A stretch of DNA of 64,000 bases, from contig DATGMN010000050.1 of assembly GCA_035293585.1 (NCBI GenBank), positions 23,274-87,273 on the forward strand, given 5' to 3'. Source of the stretch: Bradyrhizobium sp. (GTDB taxonomy: Bacteria; Pseudomonadota; Alphaproteobacteria; Rhizobiales; Xanthobacteraceae). This document shows positions 41,187 to 49,911 of this stretch, piece after piece. The stretch's first letter is position 1. The number at the start of each line of letters is the position of its first letter. The translations under genes and the position numbers were made by a program. The notes beneath the pieces were generated by a model. The model saw only the letters and a list, made by a program, of their open reading frames with translations. It was not told the DNA's origin and did not search any database.

Positions 41187-41251
41187 CTTGCGAACTCTTG
41201 GAGAACTCTTGACCTGCTCTTGGCGAATTCCTGGCGAACTCCCGACGAAGC
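41187..41251. repeat. Degenerate ~11-bp tandem repeat, about 6 units
   Basis: cttgcgaact / cttggagaact / cttgacctgct / cttggcgaatt / cctggcgaact / cccgacgaagc. Confidence 0.65.
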
Positions 41252-41419
41252 GCCTCGCGACCGATTGAACAGCGGCGACATCAGCCCCGCCACCCGAAAT
41301 CCGACGAGATTTCGATCCATCCCGTTCGATCAGTTCGCAGTTGCAAAAGGCGGGGGCGAGCGCGATGCTTGCGAGCAAGGCGACATCGCTGGCGGCTGAC
41401 AGGGAGGAAAACTGCGATC

Positions 41420-41827
41420 ATGACATCACGAAAATCCATGCTTATGGCCGCGTTCGCGGCGGCGCTGGCGCTCGGCCATTGGCCGGCATTGGCAGCATCC
41501 CGGCCGGCCAATCCGGCTGCAATGTTCGACACCGACAATGACGGAACGCTCGACCTCATGGAGGTGAAGAAAGCGGCCTCGGCGCTGTTTGCCAAGCTTG
41601 ATCGCGACCATGACGGCACCCTCGACAAGCGCGAGCTGGCCGGGCGGCTGAGCGCCAAGGAGTTTGCTGCAGCCGATCCGGATCACGATGGCACGCTGAC
41701 GCTGGACGAATATCTTGCCGTTGCAGAACAACGCTTTAACGCCGCAAATCCCGATGCGGACGGCACGCTTGACGCCAAGGAATTGCACGCGCCAGCGGGG
41801 CGGGCGCTGCTGCGGCTGTTGAAATAG
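41420..41827 (+). CDS. lanM: Lanmodulin (periplasmic four-EF-hand lanthanide-binding protein)
   Basis: Signal peptide; loops DTDNDGTLDLME, DRDHDGTLDKRE, DPDHDGTLTLDE, NPDADGTLDAKE with short LanM-type spacing; C-terminal PAGRALLRLL; located in a xox island. Confidence 0.88.
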   Translation: MTSRKSMLMAAFAAALALGHWPALAASRPANPAAMFDTDNDGTLDLMEVKKAASALFAKLDRDHDGTLDKRELAGRLSAKEFAAADPDHDGTLTLDEYLAVAEQRFNAANPDADGTLDAKELHAPAGRALLRLLK

Positions 41828-41850
41828 GGCGAAATGCCGCCGGGCACGAA

Positions 41851-41865
41851 CGTGAAGATTTCCCG
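41851..41865. promoter_or_regulatory. Candidate operator CGTGAAGATTTCCCG upstream of pqqA
   Basis: Two mismatches to CGGGAAW-N-WTTCCCG. Confidence 0.5.
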
Positions 41866-41988
41866 TCCCCCGCTCGCGCAGGAGGCAGGCTCTTGCGTTC
41901 AGTTCGAGCCAGCCCTACCCTAAAGGGTGGCGCCAGCAAGCGCCAACATTGGACCAATGTAGGCCAACTAAGTTGGGAGGACCCCCGA

Positions 41989-42069
41989 ATGACTTGGAAG
42001 ACTCCGAAGATCGTCGAAGTGCCGGTGGGCATGGAAATCAACATGTACGCCTGCGCCGCGCGCAAGTGA
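41989..42069 (+). CDS. pqqA: PQQ precursor peptide (MTWKTPKIVEVPVGMEINMYACAARK); missing from the ORF track
   Basis: M-x-W-x-x-P start, E-I-N-M-Y (ExxxY) core, GGGAGG RBS, downstream hairpin. Confidence 0.95.
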   Translation: MTWKTPKIVEVPVGMEINMYACAARK

Positions 42070-42079
42070 TCTGATAGCG

Positions 42080-42120
42080 GTCTGCCCGGCTCGTTCGCGA
42101 GCCGTGGCAGACGTGCCTTT
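42080..42120 (+). terminator. Hairpin after pqqA
   Basis: GTCTGCC-CGGCTCG-TTCG-CGAGCCG-T-GGCAGAC with a short T run. Confidence 0.65.
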
Positions 42121-42293
42121 CCGGGGTGTTCACCTCACTCCGATTGCGAAAACCTCCCGCACTCATTCCCCGCGCATCGCAAGCCGGCCTCGCCGCGATC
42201 GTCAGGCCCGCCAGCGTCGAATGCGGCGACAGCGGCTCGCGCAATGTGATAGCCTGACTTCATCGGGGCAAACGATCGGGCAAGACGTTCAGC

Positions 42294-43166
42294 GTGGGGT
42301 CATTCAGTCGTGCAGCACAGGCCGGAGCAATGCTTGCGTGCGCTTGCGCGATGGTTCCGCGTTGCGTGGCGGCCGACGGCATCGACACCGAGCACATCTT
42401 CGGCTTCATGATCGGCGCCGATGTCGGCGAGGCGGGTGAGCTCGAATTCCAGAGCCAGACCACCGGACGATTCACCAAGAGCGCCGGCCGCTACCGCGCG
42501 GTGGAGCAGGAGCTCGAGCTGGAGACGGTGCCGGTCGATAATTTCCGCGTCGAGCTCGGCAGCAGCTTTGCGGCGCATGACATCGTCGGCGTGCCCGACA
42601 TCGATGATCGCCGTCAACTCGGCTGGCAGGGCATGTCGGTCGATTTTCGCTACAAATTTCTCGATCGGCACACCGCGCCGTTCGGCTTCACGCTGTCCGT
42701 GGATCCGCATGCCGCCCGCATGGATGAGATCACGGGCGCGCCCGCGCGCAATTACGGCGCGGATGTCACGGCTGTCTTTGAGCGTGAGCTGGTGCCGAAT
42801 GTGGCGGTTGCCGCGCTCAATCTCGTCTACCAGCCGGAATGGACCCGCTTCGCAGCGACGGGGGCTGCAGTGCAGGAGGCCACGATCGGCGCGGCGTTCG
42901 GCACCATGGTGCAGGTGCATCCGAACATCCTGCTCGGCGGCGAAGCCCGCTATTTCCGGAATTATGACGGCATCGGCCTGCAGGATTTTGCGGGGCAGGC
43001 GCTCTTCGTCGGCCCGGTTGCCTACTTCCAGCTCTCGGAGCGCTCGCGGCTGACGGCGACCTGGAGCGTCCAGGCTTGGGGGCGGCCGGCCGCCTCGGCG
43101 GCATCGGTCGATCTCGTCAATTTCGAGCGCCACCAGGCCCGGCTGGTGTTCGGCATCAGTTTTTAG
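42294..43166 (+). CDS. Hypothetical exported protein, probable outer-membrane beta-barrel (start may be 42330)
   Basis: Signal-like N-terminus; alternating amphipathic strands; ends in RLVFGISF. Confidence 0.75.
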   Translation: MGSFSRAAQAGAMLACACAMVPRCVAADGIDTEHIFGFMIGADVGEAGELEFQSQTTGRFTKSAGRYRAVEQELELETVPVDNFRVELGSSFAAHDIVGVPDIDDRRQLGWQGMSVDFRYKFLDRHTAPFGFTLSVDPHAARMDEITGAPARNYGADVTAVFERELVPNVAVAALNLVYQPEWTRFAATGAAVQEATIGAAFGTMVQVHPNILLGGEARYFRNYDGIGLQDFAGQALFVGPVAYFQLSERSRLTATWSVQAWGRPAASAASVDLVNFERHQARLVFGISF

Positions 43167-43278
43167 CGAAGCGGGCGGGGATTTTCGGGAACCTTCACGC
43201 TGTCTTGAAACCAAGCCGGCCGACCGGCGTATTTGAATGTGATATTCGTTCGACAAGGCCACCTGAGGGATTTCAGGC

Positions 43279-43515
43279 ATGAACCCGATTGATTTGGTCA
43301 TCACCGTCTGCGCCGTGCTGTCGCCCACCACCTGCGAGGAAACGCGGCTGGTGTTCGATTCCAACATCTCGCTCCGGCAATGCGCGATGGCTGCGCCGCC
43401 CTACATTGCGCAATGGATCGGCGAGCATCCCAAATGGACCGCGGTGAAGTGGCGCTGCGAATATCCGCACAGCAACGACAAGGTCGATGCCGGCACGGCC
43501 GATACGGCCGGCTGA
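43279..43515 (+). CDS. Small four-Cys hypothetical protein
   Basis: GAGG RBS; VCAVLSPTTC...QC...WIGEHPKW...WRC. Confidence 0.75.
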   Translation: MNPIDLVITVCAVLSPTTCEETRLVFDSNISLRQCAMAAPPYIAQWIGEHPKWTAVKWRCEYPHSNDKVDAGTADTAG

Positions 43516-43516
43516 G

Positions 43517-43867
43517 CTATTTGTTGCAGTCCTTCAGGTCCTTGTCGGAAATCGAAAACACCGCCTCCGCTTTGATCTCGATATCGCGGACGAAGCACTG
43601 CCTCGCGTCGGGATAGGTGACCTTGGCGTCATAATGCCCGGGCTCCACGCCCGTGATGCGCAACCGCTCGTCGTGATCGACTTCCTTGTCCTTGTCGTTC
43701 AGGGTCTGGTTGGGGCCCCATTCGTTCTTGCCCGCCGGCGACAGCTCGAAACCCGAGATGGTCGTGCTGGTCAGATTCCACAGCCGGATGCCTTTGCCCT
43801 TGGATTGTGCGAGCACGGTGCCGGGCAGGGCGAGCAGGATCAGGATTGCGGTCAGGGCGCGCAGCAT
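43517..43867 (-). CDS. Small secreted hypothetical protein with acidic loop
   Basis: GAGG RBS; signal peptide; NDKDKEVDHDE; two Cys. Confidence 0.8.
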   Translation of the reverse strand: MLRALTAILILLALPGTVLAQSKGKGIRLWNLTSTTISGFELSPAGKNEWGPNQTLNDKDKEVDHDERLRITGVEPGHYDAKVTYPDARQCFVRDIEIKAEAVFSISDKDLKDCNK

Positions 43868-43904
43868 GGACCATTTCCTCGAAATTTTTCGGCGCGAGCC
43901 TCGC

Positions 43905-44615
43905 TCAATCCGCGGCGAGGTTCAATAGCGCGAGTTCGGCCTTGATCTTCTCGATCTCGGCCTCGCTGCGCGCCGCGCGCGGCGTGGCGATCGGCACGAC
44001 ACGCAGGATGCGGGCCGGCCGCGCCGACAGGAAGAACAGCCGGTCGCCCAATCGGACCGCATCGTCCAGCTCATGGGTGACCAGCAGCGTCATCGCCGAG
44101 CGGTTGGCGATGAGCGTTGCGATCTGGTCGCGCAGGCGCCCGGCCAGCGCCTTGTCGAGCGAGGCGAACGGCTCGTCGAGGATGAGGAAATCCGGATCGA
44201 CCGCAAAGGCCCGCGCCAGCGCGACACGGCGGGCGAGGCCGAGCGACAATTCGCCGGGGAAATGAGTGCGGTGTGCCGAGAGCTCGAGAATGGTGAAGAG
44301 CCTTGCGAGCACGGCCTCGTCGGCGAGCGGCGCGGCAAGCCGCACATTGTCGTCGACCGAGCGCCACGGCAGCAGCCTGGGTTCCTGAAACACCATGCCG
44401 AGCTTCGCCTGTTGCGGCCGCGCCACCGTGCCCTTGAAATCATGGTCGAGGCCGGCGAGAATGCGCAACAGCGTGCTCTTGCCGCAGCCGGATGGACCGA
44501 CGAACACTGCGACCTCTCCGGCGGCAAGTGAGAAGCTGACGTCCGAGAGCACCTCGTGCTGCTTGCCGGATGCGCTCTCGAACGCCTTGCTCCTGATATC
44601 GACCTCAAGCCGCAC
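43905..44615 (-). CDS. NitT/TauT-family ABC ATP-binding protein
   Basis: GPSGCGKST, FQEPRLLPW, LSLGLARR, LDEPF. Confidence 0.92.
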   Translation of the reverse strand: MRLEVDIRSKAFESASGKQHEVLSDVSFSLAAGEVAVFVGPSGCGKSTLLRILAGLDHDFKGTVARPQQAKLGMVFQEPRLLPWRSVDDNVRLAAPLADEAVLARLFTILELSAHRTHFPGELSLGLARRVALARAFAVDPDFLILDEPFASLDKALAGRLRDQIATLIANRSAMTLLVTHELDDAVRLGDRLFFLSARPARILRVVPIATPRAARSEAEIEKIKAELALLNLAAD

Positions 44616-45342
44616 GGAGCCGCCACCGGGTTAGCCGCGCCTCGAATGGCTGCACCAGCGCCGTCTCGATCACCAGCACGACGGCTGCGAAGCTCAGCGC
44701 ATAGGCGAGCAGGCGGGGGGTGTCGAACAGCTGGAAGGCCACGCCGATCTCGAAGCCGACCCCGTTGGGGCGGCCGAGCAATTCGGCCACCAGCACGATC
44801 TTCCAGACCAACGACAGGCCCGAGCGCGCAGCGGCGGCGATATAGGGCGCAAGCTGCGGCAGCACGATGTGCCGGAACGCGCGCCAGCGCGGGATGGCGA
44901 ACACCTGCGCCATCTCGTCGAGCGAGCGATCCAGCGCACGCGTGCCCTCGCGCAAGGTGACGATGGTCGCAGGCACCTTGTTGATCGCAATCGCCGCGAT
45001 GGCCGCGACCTCCGTGAGGCCGGCCCAGATATAGGCCAGCACGATCACGACGAGCGCCGGCAGATTGAGCAGCAGGATCAGCCAGGGATCGCCGAGGCGA
45101 TTGGCGAGCCGCACCCGCCCCATCAGATAGCCGAGGCCGATGCCGATGGTGATGGCGAGCGTAAAGGCCAGCGCGACGCGAGCGAGCGTCACGCCGATGT
45201 TGAAGAACAATGCCCCCGATGCGGCTTCCGTGATCGCCACCTGCATCACGGCGGGCGGCCCGGGAAGCTTGCTGCTTCCGGCAAACAGCGCCGCGATCCA
45301 CCACGTCGCCAGGAAGATCAGGAAGGACAGCAGGCGCAGCAC
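44605..45342 (-). CDS. NitT/TauT-family ABC permease
   Basis: LPGP, TLARV, WKIVLVAELLG; GTG start. Confidence 0.9.
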   Translation of the reverse strand: MLRLLSFLIFLATWWIAALFAGSSKLPGPPAVMQVAITEAASGALFFNIGVTLARVALAFTLAITIGIGLGYLMGRVRLANRLGDPWLILLLNLPALVVIVLAYIWAGLTEVAAIAAIAINKVPATIVTLREGTRALDRSLDEMAQVFAIPRWRAFRHIVLPQLAPYIAAAARSGLSLVWKIVLVAELLGRPNGVGFEIGVAFQLFDTPRLLAYALSFAAVVLVIETALVQPFEARLTRWRLRAA

Positions 45343-45343
45343 C

Positions 45344-46321
45344 TCAGTCTCCCGGCAGTGCGTGATAATAGGTGCCGGGGTCGAGGTCGGAGGCCGGTCC
45401 GACGAGGTCGTGGCCGCCGATGCCGGCCAGCACGTGATAGAGCACGCGCGCATCCTTTTCCTCGTCCTCGATGCGGCGGTGCGGGATGCCCTCGCGGTAG
45501 CGGTCGCGATAGGCGTGCAGGGTGGCGGCGTCGGGCGCACCGGTCAGCTTGGCGATGTCGTCCCACGCACTATCCGAGCTCGAAAGGATCTGCTTGGCCT
45601 TGCGCGTCATCTCGATGAAGCGCGCGAGCCTGTCCTGGTTGGCACCGGCCCATCCCTCGTCGAAGACATAGCCGACCATGGCAACGGGGCCCTTGGCGCC
45701 GAACTGCTGGACGATATCCTGGATCGAGGCGACGCGACGGAAGCCCTTTTCCTCCAGCGCCGCGCAGAAGTTCCAGTAATTGACCGTTGCGTCCATGTCG
45801 CCGTTGAGCATCTGGGCCGCGACCAGCGGCGCGGCGCCATAGACGATCGTCGAATCCGATTTCAGGTTGATGCCGTCCTTTTGCAGCGAGGCCTGCAGCA
45901 GCAGCCAGCTCTTGTCGATCGGCCCTCCGGCCACCGCGAGCCTGCGGCCCTTGAGGTCGGCGAGCGTCGTGATCGGCGACGCATTCGGAACCATCACCGC
46001 GCCCAGCGCGCTGGAATAGGGATAGAAAGAGAGCTTCGCCCCGAGCGAGCGCTCGCGCGACACCCAGAGCCAGTCGGAGATCATGATGTCGGCGTCGCCC
46101 GAGCGCAGCGCGATCTTGCCGGCTTCGGGGCTGGCGAGCTCGCGCACGTCGAGGGTGAGGTCGGCCTCCTTGTCCAGCCCATGCGCGCGGATGACGGCCA
46201 GTTCCCAGCCGAACGTGCCGGTTTTCTGGGCCGCAATGCGAATGGTGTCGGCGGCATTGGCGGCGCCGATGGTGAGGGCCGCGACGGCGGCAACGTTCAA
46301 CGCGCGAAGGAGGCTTTTCAT
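45344..46321 (-). CDS. NitT/TauT-family ABC substrate-binding protein
   Basis: Signal peptide; GTFGWEL, SDWLWVSRER, GGPIDKSW; in an operon with the permease and ATPase. Confidence 0.88.
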   Translation of the reverse strand: MKSLLRALNVAAVAALTIGAANAADTIRIAAQKTGTFGWELAVIRAHGLDKEADLTLDVRELASPEAGKIALRSGDADIMISDWLWVSRERSLGAKLSFYPYSSALGAVMVPNASPITTLADLKGRRLAVAGGPIDKSWLLLQASLQKDGINLKSDSTIVYGAAPLVAAQMLNGDMDATVNYWNFCAALEEKGFRRVASIQDIVQQFGAKGPVAMVGYVFDEGWAGANQDRLARFIEMTRKAKQILSSSDSAWDDIAKLTGAPDAATLHAYRDRYREGIPHRRIEDEEKDARVLYHVLAGIGGHDLVGPASDLDPGTYYHALPGD

Positions 46322-46404
46322 CGTGCTAAAGGGCCATTTCCTCGAAAGTCTGCTTTTCTGTATCAGAGTGATAGCATAGCCTCAAAGTCAACGGAGGGCG
46401 ACCA

Positions 46405-46764
46405 ATGACGTATGGTGGGTGGCTGCCGCGCATCGTTATCGCGACGGCTATGGTGATGACAACGGCTGCGTTTGCATATGCGGAAGAGGCCAACGACTAT
46501 CCGACGACGGCGCGGTCCGAATATGTCTTCGGCTGCCTGAAGGCCAATGGCGAAACGCGGCAGGCGATCGAGCAATGCTCATGCTCGATCGACGTCATCG
46601 CATCGCTGCTGCCCTATGACAGATATGTCACGGCCGAGACCGTGCTCAGCATGTCGCAGGTGCGGGGAAATCTCGGCGGCGAGTTTCGCTCATCCGAGCA
46701 GGCGACCAATGCGCTCAACGATCTCCGCCGCGCCCAGGCCGAGGCCGAGGTGAGATGCTTCTAG
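46405..46764 (+). CDS. Secreted four-Cys hypothetical protein
   Basis: Signal peptide; NDYPT, YVFGC, CSCSID, C-terminal RCF; GGAGG RBS. Confidence 0.82.
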   Translation: MTYGGWLPRIVIATAMVMTTAAFAYAEEANDYPTTARSEYVFGCLKANGETRQAIEQCSCSIDVIASLLPYDRYVTAETVLSMSQVRGNLGGEFRSSEQATNALNDLRRAQAEAEVRCF

Positions 46765-46804
46765 TGCGTGATTGCTTCGCGTTGATACGGCCACCCGGCG
46801 CAGA

Positions 46805-46918
46805 CCGTCATCCTGAGGCGCGAGCGCAGCGAGCCTCGAAGGATGCACGCCCCCGCTCAGGCAGCCGGGCCGTCGCCCTTCGAGGCCGCCGCTGCGCGAC
46901 GGCACCTCAGGGTGACGG
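46805..46918. repeat. Rhizobial intergenic palindromic mosaic repeat, copy 2 (inverted relative to 15709-15820)
   Basis: CCGTCATCCTGAGG...CCTCGAAGGATG...CCCTTCGAGG...CACCTCAGGGTGACGG. Confidence 0.85.
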
Positions 46919-46972
46919 TGATGGTCGGGAGCTTATGTCACTCGAAGCAATCATGCTTGAAGAAAGGCGCGC

Positions 46973-47854
46973 TCAAATCCCCGCGTCGATCTTCCATTCG
47001 TTCTTGAAGACGTGGCCCGAGGTGTCCCTGGCCTCGGCACGGAAGGTCTTGGCGCCGTTCGAGACATAGGTGAAGCGCAGATTGGGGTCTTCGGAAATCG
47101 AGATGCCGCCTTCCATCGACAGCACCAGGCTGTCGTCCTGCCACAGCTTGAGCTGATCGATGAAGAAGGCGGGGATGTAGAGCTGCGTCACCTGGTCCAT
47201 CTGCAAGCCGGAATTGTTGGGATGGCCGATCATGATCTGGGCCTCGCGCGCTCCGTCCGCACGGCCTTCGGCCCTCGCGAATTGCCGGAACTTCATCTGG
47301 CCGAGATGATTGTCGGCCTCCTCGGGATTCTTGGCGGCGGGCGCCGAGCAGCCGCCCGAGGCCTTGACGAAGGTCTTCACCACATAGAGCTGGCCGTCGC
47401 TGAGCTCGGCGACGGCATGAACGTCGGTGTAGTTGTTGACGCGCACGCGGGTCGAAATCTCCGACACATGGGCGTCGGACCCGAGCGCGAATTTGGCGGC
47501 CATCGGCGCGGGGTTCTGGTCGATCACCAGCGTGATCGCAACCACGTGCCGGCTGTCATCGCCCGACAGCTTGTTCCGCAAGGTGACAGGCACGATCGCC
47601 GCATCCTCGGCGCGGTAGGGCATTTCGATGCCGATGATGTCGCTGCCGTCGTTCATCGGACGGTTGTTGAAGATGTCCTGCACCAGGCCCGGCCACGGAT
47701 CGTAGCCTTCGGCGCCGGCCGTTGGCAGCTGCGCCGCGCCAAGCATGGCGCTCAGGAGGCCGGCGATGGCGAAAGTGAGGAAACGGCGTCCGGGCATCAG
47801 GGTAATCCTCGCGACGACAGCATCGCGCGCACTATACGCGATCGCCGCCGTCAT
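46973..47854 (-). CDS. Quinoprotein dehydrogenase-associated SoxYZ-like fusion carrier (start may be 47797)
   Basis: [32 protein letters not shown] (SoxY-type GGC), HPNNSG, SISEDP (SoxZ-like). Confidence 0.88.
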   Translation of the reverse strand: MTAAIAYSARDAVVARITLMPGRRFLTFAIAGLLSAMLGAAQLPTAGAEGYDPWPGLVQDIFNNRPMNDGSDIIGIEMPYRAEDAAIVPVTLRNKLSGDDSRHVVAITLVIDQNPAPMAAKFALGSDAHVSEISTRVRVNNYTDVHAVAELSDGQLYVVKTFVKASGGCSAPAAKNPEEADNHLGQMKFRQFARAEGRADGAREAQIMIGHPNNSGLQMDQVTQLYIPAFFIDQLKLWQDDSLVLSMEGGISISEDPNLRFTYVSNGAKTFRAEARDTSGHVFKNEWKIDAGI

Positions 47855-48801
47855 TCCCATTCAATTTGCGAAAATGCTGCAGTTGCGTTGCGGGCATTGT
47901 AGTCCTCGAACAGCAACCAGCGCGACCTCTCCGAAGCCGCCGCCGTGGCGGCTGCCGCCGTGATGGTATCACCGCGCGCCACCGCAATGCGCATGTCGGA
48001 AGCCAGCGTCTCGAGATAGCGGCGCTCGTCGGCCAGTGCGCCGGGCCACGGGCTCACCGGGCCGTGGCCGGGAACCACGCGCTGCGCGGGCAGCGCGGCG
48101 AGCTTGTCGAGCGCCGCCAGGAAGCCGCGAAGGCTGCCGTCAAGCACTGGAATATGGCTGAGGAAGACGAGATCACCCGCGAACAGGGTTCCCGATTTTG
48201 CGTCCATGACCGTGAGATCGCTGTCGCTATGCGCCGCCGGCCATGCCCGCAAGGTGAGTGTGCGCGCGCCGAGGTCGAGCTGTTGCGTATCATCGACCAG
48301 AAGCGTGGGCAGAATGAGGCGGACCTCGTCGATCAGCTCGCTCCCCATGATGCGGCGGAAGTTGTCGACATAGAACGGTCCGTGTGTCGCGAGCGCCCGC
48401 GGCAGGTTCTTGTGGCCGACAAAAATCGTTCCGTCGGCCGCAAACGCCGCGTTTCCGAATACATGGTCGGGATGGGCATGGGTGTTGATGACATAGCGAA
48501 CGGGCTTGTCGGTGTGGCTGCGGATGGCGGCGAGCAGCGCGCGCCCCTCGCGCATGCTGCCGCCGGTGTCGATGACGGCAACCGCATCGTCGCCGACAAT
48601 GAAGCCGACATTGGCGATCGCGCCCTCGTTCTCGCGGGTCATCAGTGCGGTCGCACCGATATGGACGAAAACGGCGGGCGCGATTTCGCTCACGGGCAAT
48701 GCCGGTTCGCTCTCAGGCAAGCGAGGCGGTTGCGCGTTCGCGCCAGCGGGCGCGCAGAGCAGGATGAGGGTGAGAAGAGACCGCAAACGCCGAAACATCA
48801 T
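47851..48801 (-). CDS. Quinoprotein-associated zinc metallohydrolase (MBL fold, SoxH-related)
   Basis: Signal peptide; [24 protein letters not shown]. Confidence 0.88.
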   Translation of the reverse strand: MMFRRLRSLLTLILLCAPAGANAQPPRLPESEPALPVSEIAPAVFVHIGATALMTRENEGAIANVGFIVGDDAVAVIDTGGSMREGRALLAAIRSHTDKPVRYVINTHAHPDHVFGNAAFAADGTIFVGHKNLPRALATHGPFYVDNFRRIMGSELIDEVRLILPTLLVDDTQQLDLGARTLTLRAWPAAHSDSDLTVMDAKSGTLFAGDLVFLSHIPVLDGSLRGFLAALDKLAALPAQRVVPGHGPVSPWPGALADERRYLETLASDMRIAVARGDTITAAAATAAASERSRWLLFEDYNARNATAAFSQIEWE

Positions 48802-48854
48802 TCCGCCTCGACTGCAACACCGTAGCCTATATCGAGCCTGTATCGGAAAAGCGC

Positions 48855-48869
48855 CGGGAAATTTTCCCG
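48855..48869. promoter_or_regulatory. Perfect 7-1-7 palindrome CGGGAAATTTTCCCG in the divergent metallohydrolase/xoxJ promoter region
   Basis: Seen directly; recurs at 59711, 39506 and 41851. Confidence 0.65.
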
Positions 48870-49026
48870 TGGAACAATCAGCCGCATCGCAGGACGCAAC
48901 CCCTCACATCGTTCGAGGCCTTGGCCATTGCACGCTTCACCTCGCCAGCATAGCATTTTGTAAAAATCGCAACCGTCGTCGAACTCGGTCGACGGGATCG
49001 CGGATATCTCCGGGAGGTTTGCAACG

Positions 49027-49893
49027 ATGCGCTGGCTGCCTGTTTCGTTCATCGCCGTTCTCGCCATGCTGGGCAGCGCGCAACGCCTGCACGCACAGAC
49101 CAGCGACAGCGGTGATCTCTCCATCGAGCTGGTCGATCCCAAGGTGCTCAGGGTCTGCGCCGATCCACGCAACATGCCGTTCTCGAACGAAAAGGGCGAG
49201 GGGTTCGAGAACAAGATCGCCGAGCTGTTTGCAGAAAAGCTGCAGAAGAAGCTCGATTACGCGTTCTTTCCGCAGGCGACCGGCTTTGTCCGCGTCACCC
49301 TCGGCTCGCATCGCTGCGACGTCATCATGGGCTTTCCGCAAGGCAATGACCTGGTCCAGGGCACCAATCCCTATTATCGGACGACCTATGCGCTGGTCTC
49401 TAAGCCGGGCAGCGGCCTTGAGGACGTGACCAGCCTCGAAGACCCGCGGCTGAAGGGCAAGCATATCGGCATCATCGCCGGCACGCCGCCGGCGACCTAT
49501 ATGGCCGTCGACGGCCTGATGGCCGATGCCAAGCCCTATCCGCTGATGATCGATACCCGCGTCGATTCGTCGGCGGAAGCCATGATCAACGATCTCAAGT
49601 CAGGCGCGATCGATGCCGGCATCCTGTGGGGGCCGATGGCGGGCTTCTATGCCAGGACGTCGACGCCGGCGCTTCATGTCACGCCGCTGGTGAAGGAGAC
49701 GACGGGCCCGCGGCTCGTCTATCGCATCGGCATGGGCGTGCGTCCCGCCGACCAGAACTGGAAGCGCCAGCTCAACCGCCTGATCCAGGACAACCAGCCG
49801 GCCATCAACAAGATCCTGCTCGATTACGGCGTGCCGCTGCTCGACGAGAACGATCATCCGATCAGCGCCGAGACGGTCGCCAAATCGCCGTGA
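49027..49893 (+). CDS. xoxJ: XoxJ/MxaJ-like periplasmic binding-fold protein
   Basis: LRVCADPRNMPFSN, GFENKIAEL, TNPYYR, WGPMAG, YGVPL. Confidence 0.88.
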   Translation: MRWLPVSFIAVLAMLGSAQRLHAQTSDSGDLSIELVDPKVLRVCADPRNMPFSNEKGEGFENKIAELFAEKLQKKLDYAFFPQATGFVRVTLGSHRCDVIMGFPQGNDLVQGTNPYYRTTYALVSKPGSGLEDVTSLEDPRLKGKHIGIIAGTPPATYMAVDGLMADAKPYPLMIDTRVDSSAEAMINDLKSGAIDAGILWGPMAGFYARTSTPALHVTPLVKETTGPRLVYRIGMGVRPADQNWKRQLNRLIQDNQPAINKILLDYGVPLLDENDHPISAETVAKSP

Positions 49894-49911
49894 GCGTGAC
49901 ATGAGGGCGAC

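Noticed and set aside
41187-41251. Possible CRISPR array
   Set aside because: Units are about 11 bp, degenerate and have no spacers; no cas genes are present.
43871-46347. Identical 14-mer CCATTTCCTCGAAA at 43871-43884 and 46334-46347
   Set aside because: Both copies overlap ribosome-binding regions (GAGGAAATGG on the minus strand), which largely explains the match; there is no further evidence of function.
46973-48801. Sox sulfur-oxidation pathway
   Set aside because: Only SoxYZ-like and SoxH-like homologues are present, with no soxAX, soxB or soxCD, and the context is quinoprotein-related.
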